From Oligoflexia bacterium (GTDB taxonomy: Bacteria; Bdellovibrionota; UBA1018; CAIPTA01; JAALKR01): DNA of 64,000 nt. Shown here piece after piece: positions 37,299 to 46,314 of the stretch. The translations under genes were made by a program, and so were the position numbers. The stretch lies in contig JAALKR010000008.1 of the NCBI GenBank assembly GCA_011087955.1, positions 4,356 through 68,355 of the forward strand, in the 5' to 3' direction. The notes beneath the pieces are model-generated. The model saw only the letters and a list, made by a program, of their open reading frames with translations. It made no database searches and had not been told where the DNA came from. Position 1 is the stretch's first letter; every line of letters starts with the position of its first letter.

Positions 37299-37989
37299 GC
37301 ATTACAATAATATCGAGGAACTAACGAGGCGCAAGGAGATTCGCTGTGAGGACTGTAACCATAGTTATCTCGTACGCGCAGAAGCAATTTCTTCAGCTTG
37401 CAGTAAGTGTGGGAATCTAGCTTATCATCCGATGGGCTTTTCGGGCAGCGAGGCTAACGATTTAGACTCTCTTGCTAATGATTTAAGTTTCCCTGCTAGC
37501 GATTTAGGTTTCCTTGGGCCAGTGGAGCCAGTCGAAAATCCATCTCCAGACCCTAGTGCAAAAATTCCTGCGGAAAGTCGTATGGTTGACGTGATTCTCT
37601 TACAGAATCAGAGAGAATGGCAGCTTTGGTCCCAACTCGTGCAACATTTCAACGACGAGAATAACCATCAAGCCTATCTGACTTTTGTCTCCTTCAACTC
37701 TTTTTGGGAAAAAGCAGTCGAACGCTATACCCAGCATCGCAAAACGTTTCTACCGATTGCTAAAGAGCGCTGGCAAGCAGAGATCGCCGATCAAAAACTC
37801 GATGCGCTAGCTTCGATTTGTCAGGTACAAATGGAGCGAATTACCCAGGATCCAATACGGCCTAATTTCTCCGATTGGCTCATTCAAACTAGAGATTCTG
37901 GGAAACATTTACGGCCAGGGTTTTCACTTCTTTTTGTCGCGATCGGCTTGCTTTTGGGAGCTTCAGTCACAATCTCTCTAGCGATGTAA
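37297..37989 (+). CDS. Zinc-ribbon protein with a C-terminal TM anchor (hypothetical)
   Basis: CEDC-x17-CSKC forms a zinc ribbon near the N-terminus, and the C-terminal TM helix is FSLLFVAIGLLLGASVTISLA. The ATG at 37297 shares the CATG tetranucleotide with the lnt start on the other strand. Confidence 0.55.
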   Translation: MHYNNIEELTRRKEIRCEDCNHSYLVRAEAISSACSKCGNLAYHPMGFSGSEANDLDSLANDLSFPASDLGFLGPVEPVENPSPDPSAKIPAESRMVDVILLQNQREWQLWSQLVQHFNDENNHQAYLTFVSFNSFWEKAVERYTQHRKTFLPIAKERWQAEIADQKLDALASICQVQMERITQDPIRPNFSDWLIQTRDSGKHLRPGFSLLFVAIGLLLGASVTISLAM

Positions 37990-39162
37990 AGCGCCTTCTT
38001 TGGCTTTCTCCAAACGGAACAACTTAGCTTCCGCAAGTTGGACATTGTTCGATTTTGACTGAACTCTCTTGATCGCGGCGTAGGCATTAATCCGACCGCT
38101 AGAGCGAATTCGATTTTTCAGAGTTACAATTTTGTCTACCGTTTCCACAATTACCTTCCGGACCTCTTTAGGACTCATATCCCTGTTTTCAGCAAGGATC
38201 AAGGCACCCAAACCAGAAACGAAAGCTGTGCCTTGGCTTGTGCCAGTTAAGAATCCATACTTACCGCCAGGTAGTGTAGAAAAAATATTTTTACCAGGCG
38301 CTGCTACGTGTACCGAACGCTTGCCCCAATTCGAAGAAGGAAGAAGCTTATTGTGGATATCCGTTGCAGCTACAGAAATGATATTCTCTAAACCATAAGC
38401 ACCAGGGTAATACTTATTATCGGTAATGTCTGTATTGCGATGCTCGTTACCAGCTGCAGCTACGAAAAGAATTCCCTTGCGCTTTGCCTTTTCGATGGCT
38501 CTTAGTTCAGCTCCGGAAAATTCTGCGCCGCCACCGGAGTAATTGATAATATCCGCACCGTTATCAATCGCATAATGAATTGCTTTAATTGTGTTCGCTA
38601 AGTTCTTTGCACCAGAAGCAGATTTTGAATAATAACGAATGGCCATAATACTAACCTTGCGCGCCACACCTGCGGCTCCAGAATTTGCTTTTGCCGTTGC
38701 GCCAACGATCCCGGCTACGTGAGTGCCATGGCCATGATTATCGTGAGGGTTGCGCTTATTAGTCACAAAATCCCAGCCGTACTCACAGTCTTTCAAACGC
38801 TTCGCTAGTGATATATTTTTCTTTAAGTGATTGCCGTTTTTACACCAAAGGTTATCGCGCAAGTCAGGGTGCTTGGGATCAATCCCTGTATCAATCACGG
38901 CAACTACGATTTCTCTCGATCCATTATTTATACTCCAAGCCTTACGTACATTGATATGAGATGCATATGCGTTCTCTAAACCCCAGTTTCGAAGGGTCAA
39001 TTTAGATTTTTTTCTCAGAGTGGATTTTGTTTTTGGCGCTCCAATCAGTGCATGAGCTCTATCCAAGAACAAGAACGAGATAGGGCTGACTGCAATCAGT
39101 AGCGCAAACACTCTGTACGTTATATATCTATTCATACTCACTAAGGGTTTATTGGGTTTCAT
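37978..39162 (-). CDS. Secreted subtilisin-like serine protease (peptidase S8)
   Basis: It has a signal/TM segment and the triad motifs VAVIDTGID, HGTHVAGIVGA and GTSQGTAFVSG. Confidence 0.9.
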   Translation of the reverse strand: MKPNKPLVSMNRYITYRVFALLIAVSPISFLFLDRAHALIGAPKTKSTLRKKSKLTLRNWGLENAYASHINVRKAWSINNGSREIVVAVIDTGIDPKHPDLRDNLWCKNGNHLKKNISLAKRLKDCEYGWDFVTNKRNPHDNHGHGTHVAGIVGATAKANSGAAGVARKVSIMAIRYYSKSASGAKNLANTIKAIHYAIDNGADIINYSGGGAEFSGAELRAIEKAKRKGILFVAAAGNEHRNTDITDNKYYPGAYGLENIISVAATDIHNKLLPSSNWGKRSVHVAAPGKNIFSTLPGGKYGFLTGTSQGTAFVSGLGALILAENRDMSPKEVRKVIVETVDKIVTLKNRIRSSGRINAYAAIKRVQSKSNNVQLAEAKLFRLEKAKEGALHR

Positions 39163-39288
39163 TTACTGCTCCGCTTGTAACAACTCAACATATGACTTAC
39201 GTTCGATGCCCCCTCAGATGCAATGCTCAGGCCAAGTGCAGTGAGGAGAAGTGCTAAGTGAAATAAAGCTGCTAACCCTATGAAAATA

Positions 39289-39317
39289 AACTTAAATAAA
39301 TGAATTTTATTTAAGTT
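39289..39317. repeat. Perfect 12-bp AT-only inverted repeat (5-nt spacer) in a divergent promoter region
   Basis: aacttaaataaa-tgaat-tttatttaagtt lies between the S8 protease start (39162, minus) and the HExxH protein start (39411, plus). Confidence 0.4.
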
Positions 39318-39410
39318 ATTAGCTAAAAAATACGAGGTTGTAAGGATCCTGACAGAGCTACACTGTATAAGTTTTTAACAATTGCTCAATCCCTACCGAT
39401 ACATCTTCTG

Positions 39411-40400
39411 ATGGAAGTTGTTAGTCCTCTAATTTCCCTACTCATCGCTCTAGCGTCCATGCCAGCCGTAGCAGCAAAGGACACAGCGATTAAATGGCCA
39501 GTCAAAAGCACCGAGAAAATTCAGTGGCAGGACTCATATTGGTGGCAGAAAAAATGGGTGCCTGCGAAGCCTACTCTAGAAACGGATCGCAAAGCGCTTT
39601 ATGGGCTTCTCCAGATCATCCAGAAAACGAAGTTTGGCAAAAAGCTGATACGCTCCGTTTCTAAGCGGTATCCAAAATTTTATAATCGCATCAGCATCGG
39701 CCAGCGCTCTTTTACAGAGAGCACCTATTTACGAACCTATTCGTTGAAGGATGGATCTGAAGAACTCGAGATCAAAAATCATCTAACAATTAACCGTAGG
39801 CTTTCGCGCATCGATGCCGTGTATGATCTAACTCACGAGTTAGTGCATTTCCTCTTTCGTAAACCACACAATCCCTATCACATGAGATTCTCCATGCCAG
39901 AGTTCGTGCGGCACGGAATTGAGGGCAAAGGTGGTGAGCTGCAAGCATTTGAGGCCGAATGTCGCATTGCTTGGGAAATTGAAAAGAAAGCGCACGTGGA
40001 GCCGCACCAATTATGCTCCAAATATGGCAAGAAAAAACATACACACAAATTTAATCAATTTAACAGCAGACAGGCGGCCAAAGACTTCTATGCGGTTGGA
40101 AACTATTTCGTAACCCTACAGGGGTTGCAGATTGAGCTTCCTGCTCTGTCGAATGCACATCCGACGTTTATCTCTTCCTTGGAGAACTCTCCCTATCCAT
40201 ATGCATTAATTCAGGAATTCGTGAATGTGCGAAAAATGGCTTGCCAGAACAATGCGCGCAAGGCACGATTGATTCAACAGCAAGCCGCGCGAGCCAGAGC
40301 AGGGCGTGATCCTTCTGCGGATGCTTCCTTACTTAGTGAGGAATACGCAAGACTCTCTAAGTATTTTCGCTGGCATTGCCAAACTGAAATCCATAAATAG
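39411..40400 (+). CDS. Putative secreted zinc metallopeptidase (HExxH)
   Basis: It has a signal peptide (ALASMPAVAA) and a single HELVH motif within DLTHELVHFLF. I do not recognise the family. Confidence 0.6.
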   Translation: MEVVSPLISLLIALASMPAVAAKDTAIKWPVKSTEKIQWQDSYWWQKKWVPAKPTLETDRKALYGLLQIIQKTKFGKKLIRSVSKRYPKFYNRISIGQRSFTESTYLRTYSLKDGSEELEIKNHLTINRRLSRIDAVYDLTHELVHFLFRKPHNPYHMRFSMPEFVRHGIEGKGGELQAFEAECRIAWEIEKKAHVEPHQLCSKYGKKKHTHKFNQFNSRQAAKDFYAVGNYFVTLQGLQIELPALSNAHPTFISSLENSPYPYALIQEFVNVRKMACQNNARKARLIQQQAARARAGRDPSADASLLSEEYARLSKYFRWHCQTEIHK

Positions 40401-40409
40401 GCTTTAGCT

Positions 40410-40922
40410 ATGGGGCATAAATCATTGATTGCAGTGAGCTTGGCGCTCACACTTGGTTCTGATTGCTTCTTCTCCCAAGCCGTTGCGCAGCAATTCGAAT
40501 CTGGAAATACTCCTCCAGAAACAGCCCGAAACCGTGTAAAATTTCCGAAAAAGAAGTTGCTCATAGGTGCTCAAAGGTTGACTGTAGAAATTGCGGAAAC
40601 GGCTATGCAGCAGCGGATTGGACTTATGCATCGAAAGAGGCTTTCGGATAAGGAAGGTATGCTTTTTGTGTATTCCAAGCCAGCAAGACTCTCCTTTTGG
40701 ATGAAAAGTACACTGATCCCGTTGAGTGTAGGTTTTTTCAATAAAGACCGTGAACTAATTGAAATCGTCGATATGGAGGTGGACCCCATTCTAATACGCG
40801 ACAAAAAGCGCCCACGCTATCGTTCGAAAGGTAACGCCAAATACGCACTTGAAGTGCCAAAAGGCTGGTTCCAGAAATACAAAATCAGAGCAGATTCAGG
40901 TATTACCTTTGAATTGAAATAA
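40410..40922 (+). CDS. DUF192-family protein
   Basis: VEIAETAMQQRIGLMHRKRLSDKEGMLFVY...FWMKSTLIPLSVGFF...ALEVPKGW is the DUF192 signature. A signal peptide is present. Confidence 0.8.
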   Translation: MGHKSLIAVSLALTLGSDCFFSQAVAQQFESGNTPPETARNRVKFPKKKLLIGAQRLTVEIAETAMQQRIGLMHRKRLSDKEGMLFVYSKPARLSFWMKSTLIPLSVGFFNKDRELIEIVDMEVDPILIRDKKRPRYRSKGNAKYALEVPKGWFQKYKIRADSGITFELK

Positions 40923-41041
40923 CTTGAATATGATATCCTCGCTATAAAAAATCGTATCAATCAAGAAAATCAACATTACCAAAGCAATAGGCGCCAATTC
41001 TCAAAAAATCTTAAACAAGACGTCATCAAAAACGGTATATT

Positions 41042-41055
41042 GTAAGCGCGCTAAC
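41042..41055 (+). repeat. Copy (opposite orientation) of the GC-rich motif GTTAGCGCGCTTAC
   Basis: gtaagcgcgctaac is the exact reverse complement of the 14-mer at 12313-12326 and 43536-43549. Confidence 0.6.
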
Positions 41056-41227
41056 CCTGGTCTTAATTTTCCTAATCGCTTTTGATCCATTGTCTGCATA
41101 ATCAAAAGTTGAAGAATAGAAAATATCTTGAAGTCTAATAAGAGATAGAAGACCACAGGACCCTGTATTAAAAATATTCAATTTGTAAGTTTAAATATTT
41201 GAGACGGTCTACTATATTTTGAAAAAA

Positions 41228-41779
41228 TCAAATGAACAGATCATCAGAGAGGTCCCGGTTAACTTTTTGGAGTTGATCAACTGAAATGGGTTTGACGGGT
41301 TCGACAAAGACTTCTGTTACATTACCCCCACGCTCATATGAGTTAAATTCAGTCATACGGAGTCCAAAATCATTCATCACTTTTTGGATGGAGATTTGGT
41401 CGATTGCAGCTAGAGTTGGAGTTGGATATACTATTCTTAATTTTCTTGGGAGATAATTTAAGAAACCTCCTTCTCTAGCGGCTAGACGGTATTGATCACG
41501 GATGATATCAGTCAGATCATAGCCACTCCCGTCACTCTCATCCATATCGTTTAGCATGAATTCCATGAGATCTCTGGAGAAACGGTTAATAAATTTAGAT
41601 TTCCTATGAACACCGATTGTCCATATAACCATATTTTCTCTCTGCACTGGTCCATTGTTGTAGAGGATCAGGAGTGAGAAACCTTCCGAGTGCAGGATCG
41701 TAGTAGCGATTGTTGAAGTAGTAGAGCCCACTTGATTCAAAATATTTTTGCCCGGTAAACTCTGGAGAGAGGTTCTCAT
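41228..41779 (-). CDS. Hypothetical protein in an AT-rich orphan locus; start uncertain (ATG 41779 or ATG 41632)
   Basis: It is the only ORF over 60 aa in about 1 kb. I recognise no motifs. It is flanked by 305-nt and 174-nt non-coding stretches. Confidence 0.45.
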   Translation of the reverse strand: MRTSLQSLPGKNILNQVGSTTSTIATTILHSEGFSLLILYNNGPVQRENMVIWTIGVHRKSKFINRFSRDLMEFMLNDMDESDGSGYDLTDIIRDQYRLAAREGGFLNYLPRKLRIVYPTPTLAAIDQISIQKVMNDFGLRMTEFNSYERGGNVTEVFVEPVKPISVDQLQKVNRDLSDDLFI

Positions 41780-41953
41780 TTGAAGTTTTTGCTTGGCTTA
41801 AACAGTTGGTGCTTAAACAAAGTACGGCGTGGATAAAAAAATTGTTACAAATCTATTCATCAAGAATGCTATCCTGTGGCGCTATTATACGGTGTTTTGC
41901 TTATTTATCAAAGTTCCTTAGGAGTTTTAGAGTCCACCATGGCGGGCTCTACG

Positions 41954-42469
41954 CTATGATCTAAATTCTAACCCGCGCTCTTTTTTGACAAACTCCAAAA
42001 ATTCGTGGCAGGAATCGGAGAGTAGGGTGAAAACGCGCTCAAATCCGTCATAACCACCGTAATAGGGGTCCGGTACATTCAGTCCCAGAATATGATCCTT
42101 CACTTGAAATTCAAGCATGTGTTTTATTTTCTGCTCATATTTCGGAGAAGGGCAGCAGCTTTGTAGGTCCGACCAATTCGATTCATCCATCGCCAGAATA
42201 AAATCGAATTCTTTGTAATCCGTGCTGCACACTGGACGGCTAGTGCCTGTGATTGGAATATTATGCCGCTCGCATACCCCCTGAGTATCACGATGATAGG
42301 GTTTGCCCTCATGCCAGCCACTCGTTCCAGCGGAATCTACATAGAAAGAATCCTGCAAGCTGGCTTGATTGATCAAATGATTGAAAATAGCCTCTGCCAT
42401 TGGTGAGCGACAAATATTTCCTAAGCAAACGAAGAGGACTTTTATTACAGGCGTATGTTTAGAAGTCAT
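41954..42469 (-). CDS. Low-molecular-weight protein-tyrosine phosphatase
   Basis: VLFVCLGNICRSPMAEAIF is the CX5R(S/T) P-loop, and a DPYY motif follows. Confidence 0.9.
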   Translation of the reverse strand: MTSKHTPVIKVLFVCLGNICRSPMAEAIFNHLINQASLQDSFYVDSAGTSGWHEGKPYHRDTQGVCERHNIPITGTSRPVCSTDYKEFDFILAMDESNWSDLQSCCPSPKYEQKIKHMLEFQVKDHILGLNVPDPYYGGYDGFERVFTLLSDSCHEFLEFVKKERGLEFRS

Positions 42470-42496
42470 CTACCTACCTAGAACCCGCCGGAGCTT

Positions 42497-43399
42497 TTAT
42501 GGACCGTCGTGATGATCATCTTGGCCGTGGTCGCTTTCTCCCTGGCAACCGTTTGCCGGGCGGCCTTCCTCGCCATCACATTCCGGAGCCCACACAGCGA
42601 TTTCTAGAGTCAAAGCACCGCCATAACCTGTAACAGTTGCTGTCGCATGCACGAAGCCTATGTATTGGAACATAGATCCCGCTACACCAAGAGATACCAT
42701 ACCACCTTGACCATAGGTCTGGTAATCGCCACCAGATAGAGCCGCTTTAAGCTGCACACTAGCGCCTAGGAAATTATGCGGGCCAATCCCTAAACCATGA
42801 ATACGCATAATGCCTTCTTCGATATGAGTCTTCCAGCCAATACCGATTTCAGCACCAACGATGCGAGCAACAGTTGTAAATTCTTCGCCGCGAATACCTT
42901 TCGAGCAGGTAATCAACATTTCACCATCTACGTAGCCCAGAAAAATGCGGAACTTGGACTCCTTAATAAACTCCGCTTCGCATTCCACATAAGGAACTAG
43001 TGTTCCAAGTAGCTCTGCAAATTCATAGTGGTCATGGTGGTGATGATCATGGTTATCGCCATGGCCGTGCTCGTGTTTCGTATCAGAGTTGATATCAGAG
43101 TTATTAATAACTTGCTCGTCAGCTTTAGCCTGCAAGCGCTTGACTAGCTCACGTTGGGCTTCCAACTCTGCCTGTGCAGCAACTAACTCTTCTTTTAGTC
43201 TTTCAGCACGAAGTTGGGCGGTAAGCACACGAATCTCTGCGCTCTGAACACCTTGAGCCGTCTGACCTCCGGCAGCTTGATCCGCTCTGGCCGACGTAGC
43301 TAATAATACTAACGCCAAAACTACTAAAGATGAGTGTTTCACCCCTATGTTCCTCTCTTGTCTTTCTGTTAACGCTCTCATCAAATGGAGCGGGGGCAA
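42497..43399 (-). CDS. Secreted His-rich protein (putative metal-binding); start uncertain
   Basis: The signal peptide is SLVVLALVLLATSARA, followed by a coiled coil. His clusters are HEHGHGDNHDHHHHDH and, at the C-terminus, SDHGQDDHHDGP. A GTG at 43342 with a GAGAGGA SD is an alternative start. Confidence 0.65.
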   Translation of the reverse strand: MPPLHLMRALTERQERNIGVKHSSLVVLALVLLATSARADQAAGGQTAQGVQSAEIRVLTAQLRAERLKEELVAAQAELEAQRELVKRLQAKADEQVINNSDINSDTKHEHGHGDNHDHHHHDHYEFAELLGTLVPYVECEAEFIKESKFRIFLGYVDGEMLITCSKGIRGEEFTTVARIVGAEIGIGWKTHIEEGIMRIHGLGIGPHNFLGASVQLKAALSGGDYQTYGQGGMVSLGVAGSMFQYIGFVHATATVTGYGGALTLEIAVWAPECDGEEGRPANGCQGESDHGQDDHHDGP

Positions 43400-43422
43400 G
43401 CTATCATTTCTATATTAAAAAA

Positions 43423-43457
43423 GTCAATTTATTTAATTAAGGTCAATTTATTTGATT
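43423..43457 (-). promoter_or_regulatory. Two direct repeats (19-nt period) upstream of the His-rich protein gene
   Basis: gtcaatttatttaatt (43423-43438) and gtcaatttatttgatt (43442-43457). On the coding (minus) strand each reads AAATAAATTGAC, containing a -35-like TTGAC. Confidence 0.4.
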
Positions 43458-43531
43458 TTCCATAGTCTACTAAACCTTTCGCTTCATAAGGCGGCGGAGT
43501 CTACTTAAAATTCTTTGGTCTGGGAAGATGG

Positions 43532-43549
43532 TGTAGTTAGCGCGCTTAC
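43532..43549. repeat. 18-nt exact copy of the GC-rich motif tgtagttagcgcgcttac
   Basis: It is identical to 12309-12326. Here it directly abuts the stop codon of a minus-strand gene (stop at 43550-43552). The 12309-12326 copy lies 3 nt from the gspN stop (12330-12332). Confidence 0.6.
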
Positions 43550-44269
43550 CTAAAAGAAGAACAGAATATTCGTTGTAAAGGAGAAAAGAGCACCGGTTGT
43601 GTCCTCAATTCCACTAACTAAGTACTCTTGGCTAAAGCGATCCTGAAAGAATACTTGCTCAACTCGAAATTCGGTTCCGAGTGAAATTTTTCTTGGCTTT
43701 AGAGCAAACTCAAATCCAACACCTGCGCCCAAAGTTAGAGCCGTATCCTTGTCCGTATTGCCGAAGTGGTGAAAAATTTGGGAACGGAAAGTGTTTGCGA
43801 CTCCGGCGATGATATATGGATTCGATGCGGTGAGAGGTGCGGATAAATTTTTTGTATCAACGTAATATTTTAAATCAATCCCAAGCTTTAAGAGAGAAGC
43901 TTCAACATATCCATTCGGAGCAGCTGAAAAGGAATGGCTAGCTGAAGAAAAATGTAATTGCCCAGCGAAGCGAAAATCAAAGAAATAAAGCAAATTGAAG
44001 TGAAACGTCGGGAGCGCAGTATTATAGAGCTTTCCAATATTGCCGCCGAAGGTTTGTGTCCCCGCTCCAAGGCCAACGGCAAAGAAACGCCCAAAATACA
44101 TAAAGCGCTCATTTTCATCGACATCGTACTCATCCTCAAAAGGCACATAGTCCGCAAATGGATTGTGATATTGCGTCTCTTGAGCTTCCCCCTGGGCGAG
44201 TGCCAGTTGCGACAGCAGAGGAGAAGCCCAGAGAATAGATAGCAGCAGCAGAACTCTCAATACGAACAT
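43550..44269 (-). CDS. Outer-membrane beta-barrel protein
   Basis: It has a signal peptide (LSQLALAQG), alternating amphipathic strands and a C-terminus ending TTNILFFF (terminal aromatic residue). Confidence 0.7.
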   Translation of the reverse strand: MFVLRVLLLLSILWASPLLSQLALAQGEAQETQYHNPFADYVPFEDEYDVDENERFMYFGRFFAVGLGAGTQTFGGNIGKLYNTALPTFHFNLLYFFDFRFAGQLHFSSASHSFSAAPNGYVEASLLKLGIDLKYYVDTKNLSAPLTASNPYIIAGVANTFRSQIFHHFGNTDKDTALTLGAGVGFEFALKPRKISLGTEFRVEQVFFQDRFSQEYLVSGIEDTTGALFSFTTNILFFF

Positions 44270-44426
44270 CCCTCCCTACACGTTTACTCCTATTGAGGGA
44301 GTATCTCCCATTGCGTAGATTGCGTCAAATTGGGCTATAACAAAGAGCGCAAACACACAGACAATAAAGGCGAATTTGCTCAAATTCCTGAATGCGTTTT
44401 TCATGAATTCACGGTATATAGAGAGC

Positions 44427-45065
44427 ATGAATTGGGCAGATCTGCATGAATTAATCATAAGTAACATTCGCTCCATTTCCGTGGCTGTCGGCGGCCTAGT
44501 GATTGTACTTGCTTTAGCAGCAGGTGCCGTGGAGCTCAAAAATCGAAAGGAAGCTTCTGCTGTAACGGCGCTATACGAAGCTCGCCAGGAGATTGAAGCT
44601 AATAAGAACATAGACTTGGCTGGAAAAGTTGCAGCGCTTACAAAGGTTGCAGACTCACACAGCGGCACACGAGCAGCCTATGAAGCCCTACTCGAAATTG
44701 GCGATTTGCACATGGATAATAAGGATTACGATGCTGGTATTTCAGCCTATGGCCAAGCTGTAGATGCAGCTACGGAGCCTTTTGCCCGAGTGCTCGCTCG
44801 CTACAACAAAGCAACCGCACAAGAAATTGCGCAAAAGTGTGTGGAAGCTATTCCATCCTATGCGGCAGTACTGGCAGAGCCTAGTGCAGAGTTTTTAAAG
44901 CCAGAAGTTTTGATGGCTCAGGCTCGTTGCAACGAGCAGGCAGGAAATAATACAGCTGCTATCGACCTTTACCAGAAGCTCCAGGACGAGTTTTCGGACA
45001 AAGCGTACTACGCCAATTCAGCCTCCGTTTACTTGCAAAAACTAAAGAAGCGGCAGAAGAACTAA
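44427..45065 (+). CDS. YfgM-like TPR membrane protein
   Basis: It has an N-terminal TM helix (VAVGGLVIVLALAAGAV) and a TPR-like helical domain. The position immediately upstream of bamB mirrors the yfgM-bamB order known from E. coli. ATG 44403 is an alternative start. Confidence 0.6.
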   Translation: MNWADLHELIISNIRSISVAVGGLVIVLALAAGAVELKNRKEASAVTALYEARQEIEANKNIDLAGKVAALTKVADSHSGTRAAYEALLEIGDLHMDNKDYDAGISAYGQAVDAATEPFARVLARYNKATAQEIAQKCVEAIPSYAAVLAEPSAEFLKPEVLMAQARCNEQAGNNTAAIDLYQKLQDEFSDKAYYANSASVYLQKLKKRQKN

Positions 45066-45106
45066 AGCGCAACTCTGATCCTAGTCCATCCAAAGAGGAG
45101 ATTTTT

Positions 45107-46297
45107 TTGCAAAACCTAAAGCGTAGCTATTCTGGAGTTGGACTAGTGGGGGGTATCCTTTTCTCCATCACCGTTAGCGCCTGTAGTGGTGTGAGCTTCA
45201 AACCGGAGCGCGAGGAGCTACAGCTGGACTCGGTTCAGCGGGGCTGGGCCTTCATTGAGTCCAGTGATGAAATGGCGGATATGGAAATCAGCTCTCCTCC
45301 CATTAACTTCTCTTCTGCCATTCTTCAGGGTGATCTTTTATACGTAGGCACGGGGCGCTTTGGCATTCAGGTCTTCAATAAACATAGTGGCAACCTGGTT
45401 TGGCGAAGGAAAGTCCCTGGTGGAATCACATCCGATATTGCAATTTTGAATAAAAAAATTGTGGTTGGCACAAATGAGGGCTTTGCTCACGCCTATCCTC
45501 TGGGAGGCGGTAAGGTGCTCTGGACTCAGAATTTACGCTTTCCTGTAGTCGGTAAACCTGTATTTCTGGCAGGTAGAATTCTAATCGGTACTGTGGACCA
45601 CGCCTTACACTCCCTAGATGCGAGTACTGGCAAAATTCTGTGGACCTATCGCAGATCTTCAGCCACAGGCACTACGATCAAAGGCGGCGGCAATGCGACC
45701 GTTATTGCTGGAAAATTTTGGGTGGGTTTTGCCGATGGCTCCCTTGCGGTGCTCGAACCAAATGATGGATCAGTTCTGAGAGAGAAGCAATTTCGCGATA
45801 ATTTGAAGTTCACAGATATCGATGCACCCCCAGTTCCTTGGCGCTCAGGAGTTTTTGTATCCACCTATGACGGACGCCTTCGCTATATAAAGCGTAATGG
45901 TTTGCCTATTTGGACCTTCCCTAAAGGGTCGGCTAAGCCTGTGATACCCGGGGGAGAGAAGGGTAGCCTCTTCTTGCCAAGTTCGGACGGCACCATATAC
46001 GCAATCAGTGAGAAAAGCGGAAAACGTATCTGGTCCTACACGGTAGACCGAGGTGTTCCCACTGGACTTGCCTATTTCCCTAGCTTGGCTGCTAAAGGAA
46101 CGACAGCCGGACTTCTAGTCGCAGCAAGCTCCGATAATTTCCTATACATCCTCGATGCTTCCAACGGATCGCTAAAGCAACGCATAAGTTTAGGGTCATC
46201 GTCTGGAGCTTACGGGTCGATCGCAGTAGACAACAAAGAGAAAGCCTTCTACCTCGTCTCTCACTATGGGCGTGTCTATCAGTTTCAGGTGCACTAA
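45107..46297 (+). CDS. bamB: BamB-like PQQ beta-propeller lipoprotein
   Basis: The TTG start follows AAGAGGAG. The lipobox is ITVSAC. G-x-L/V-W-type propeller blades repeat through the sequence (GNLVWRRKV, GKVLWTQN, GKILWTYR, GLPIWTF, GKRIWSY). Confidence 0.75.
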   Translation: MQNLKRSYSGVGLVGGILFSITVSACSGVSFKPEREELQLDSVQRGWAFIESSDEMADMEISSPPINFSSAILQGDLLYVGTGRFGIQVFNKHSGNLVWRRKVPGGITSDIAILNKKIVVGTNEGFAHAYPLGGGKVLWTQNLRFPVVGKPVFLAGRILIGTVDHALHSLDASTGKILWTYRRSSATGTTIKGGGNATVIAGKFWVGFADGSLAVLEPNDGSVLREKQFRDNLKFTDIDAPPVPWRSGVFVSTYDGRLRYIKRNGLPIWTFPKGSAKPVIPGGEKGSLFLPSSDGTIYAISEKSGKRIWSYTVDRGVPTGLAYFPSLAAKGTTAGLLVAASSDNFLYILDASNGSLKQRISLGSSSGAYGSIAVDNKEKAFYLVSHYGRVYQFQVH

Positions 46298-46314
46298 ATA
46301 TACTCGGACACCAC

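Noticed and set aside
44276-44668. 130-aa minus-strand ORF overlapping the yfgM-like gene
   Set aside because: It is antisense to a gene with a clear TM and TPR organisation and conserved synteny with bamB. Its composition (Ala/Ser/Thr-rich, mirroring the sense strand) marks it as a shadow ORF.
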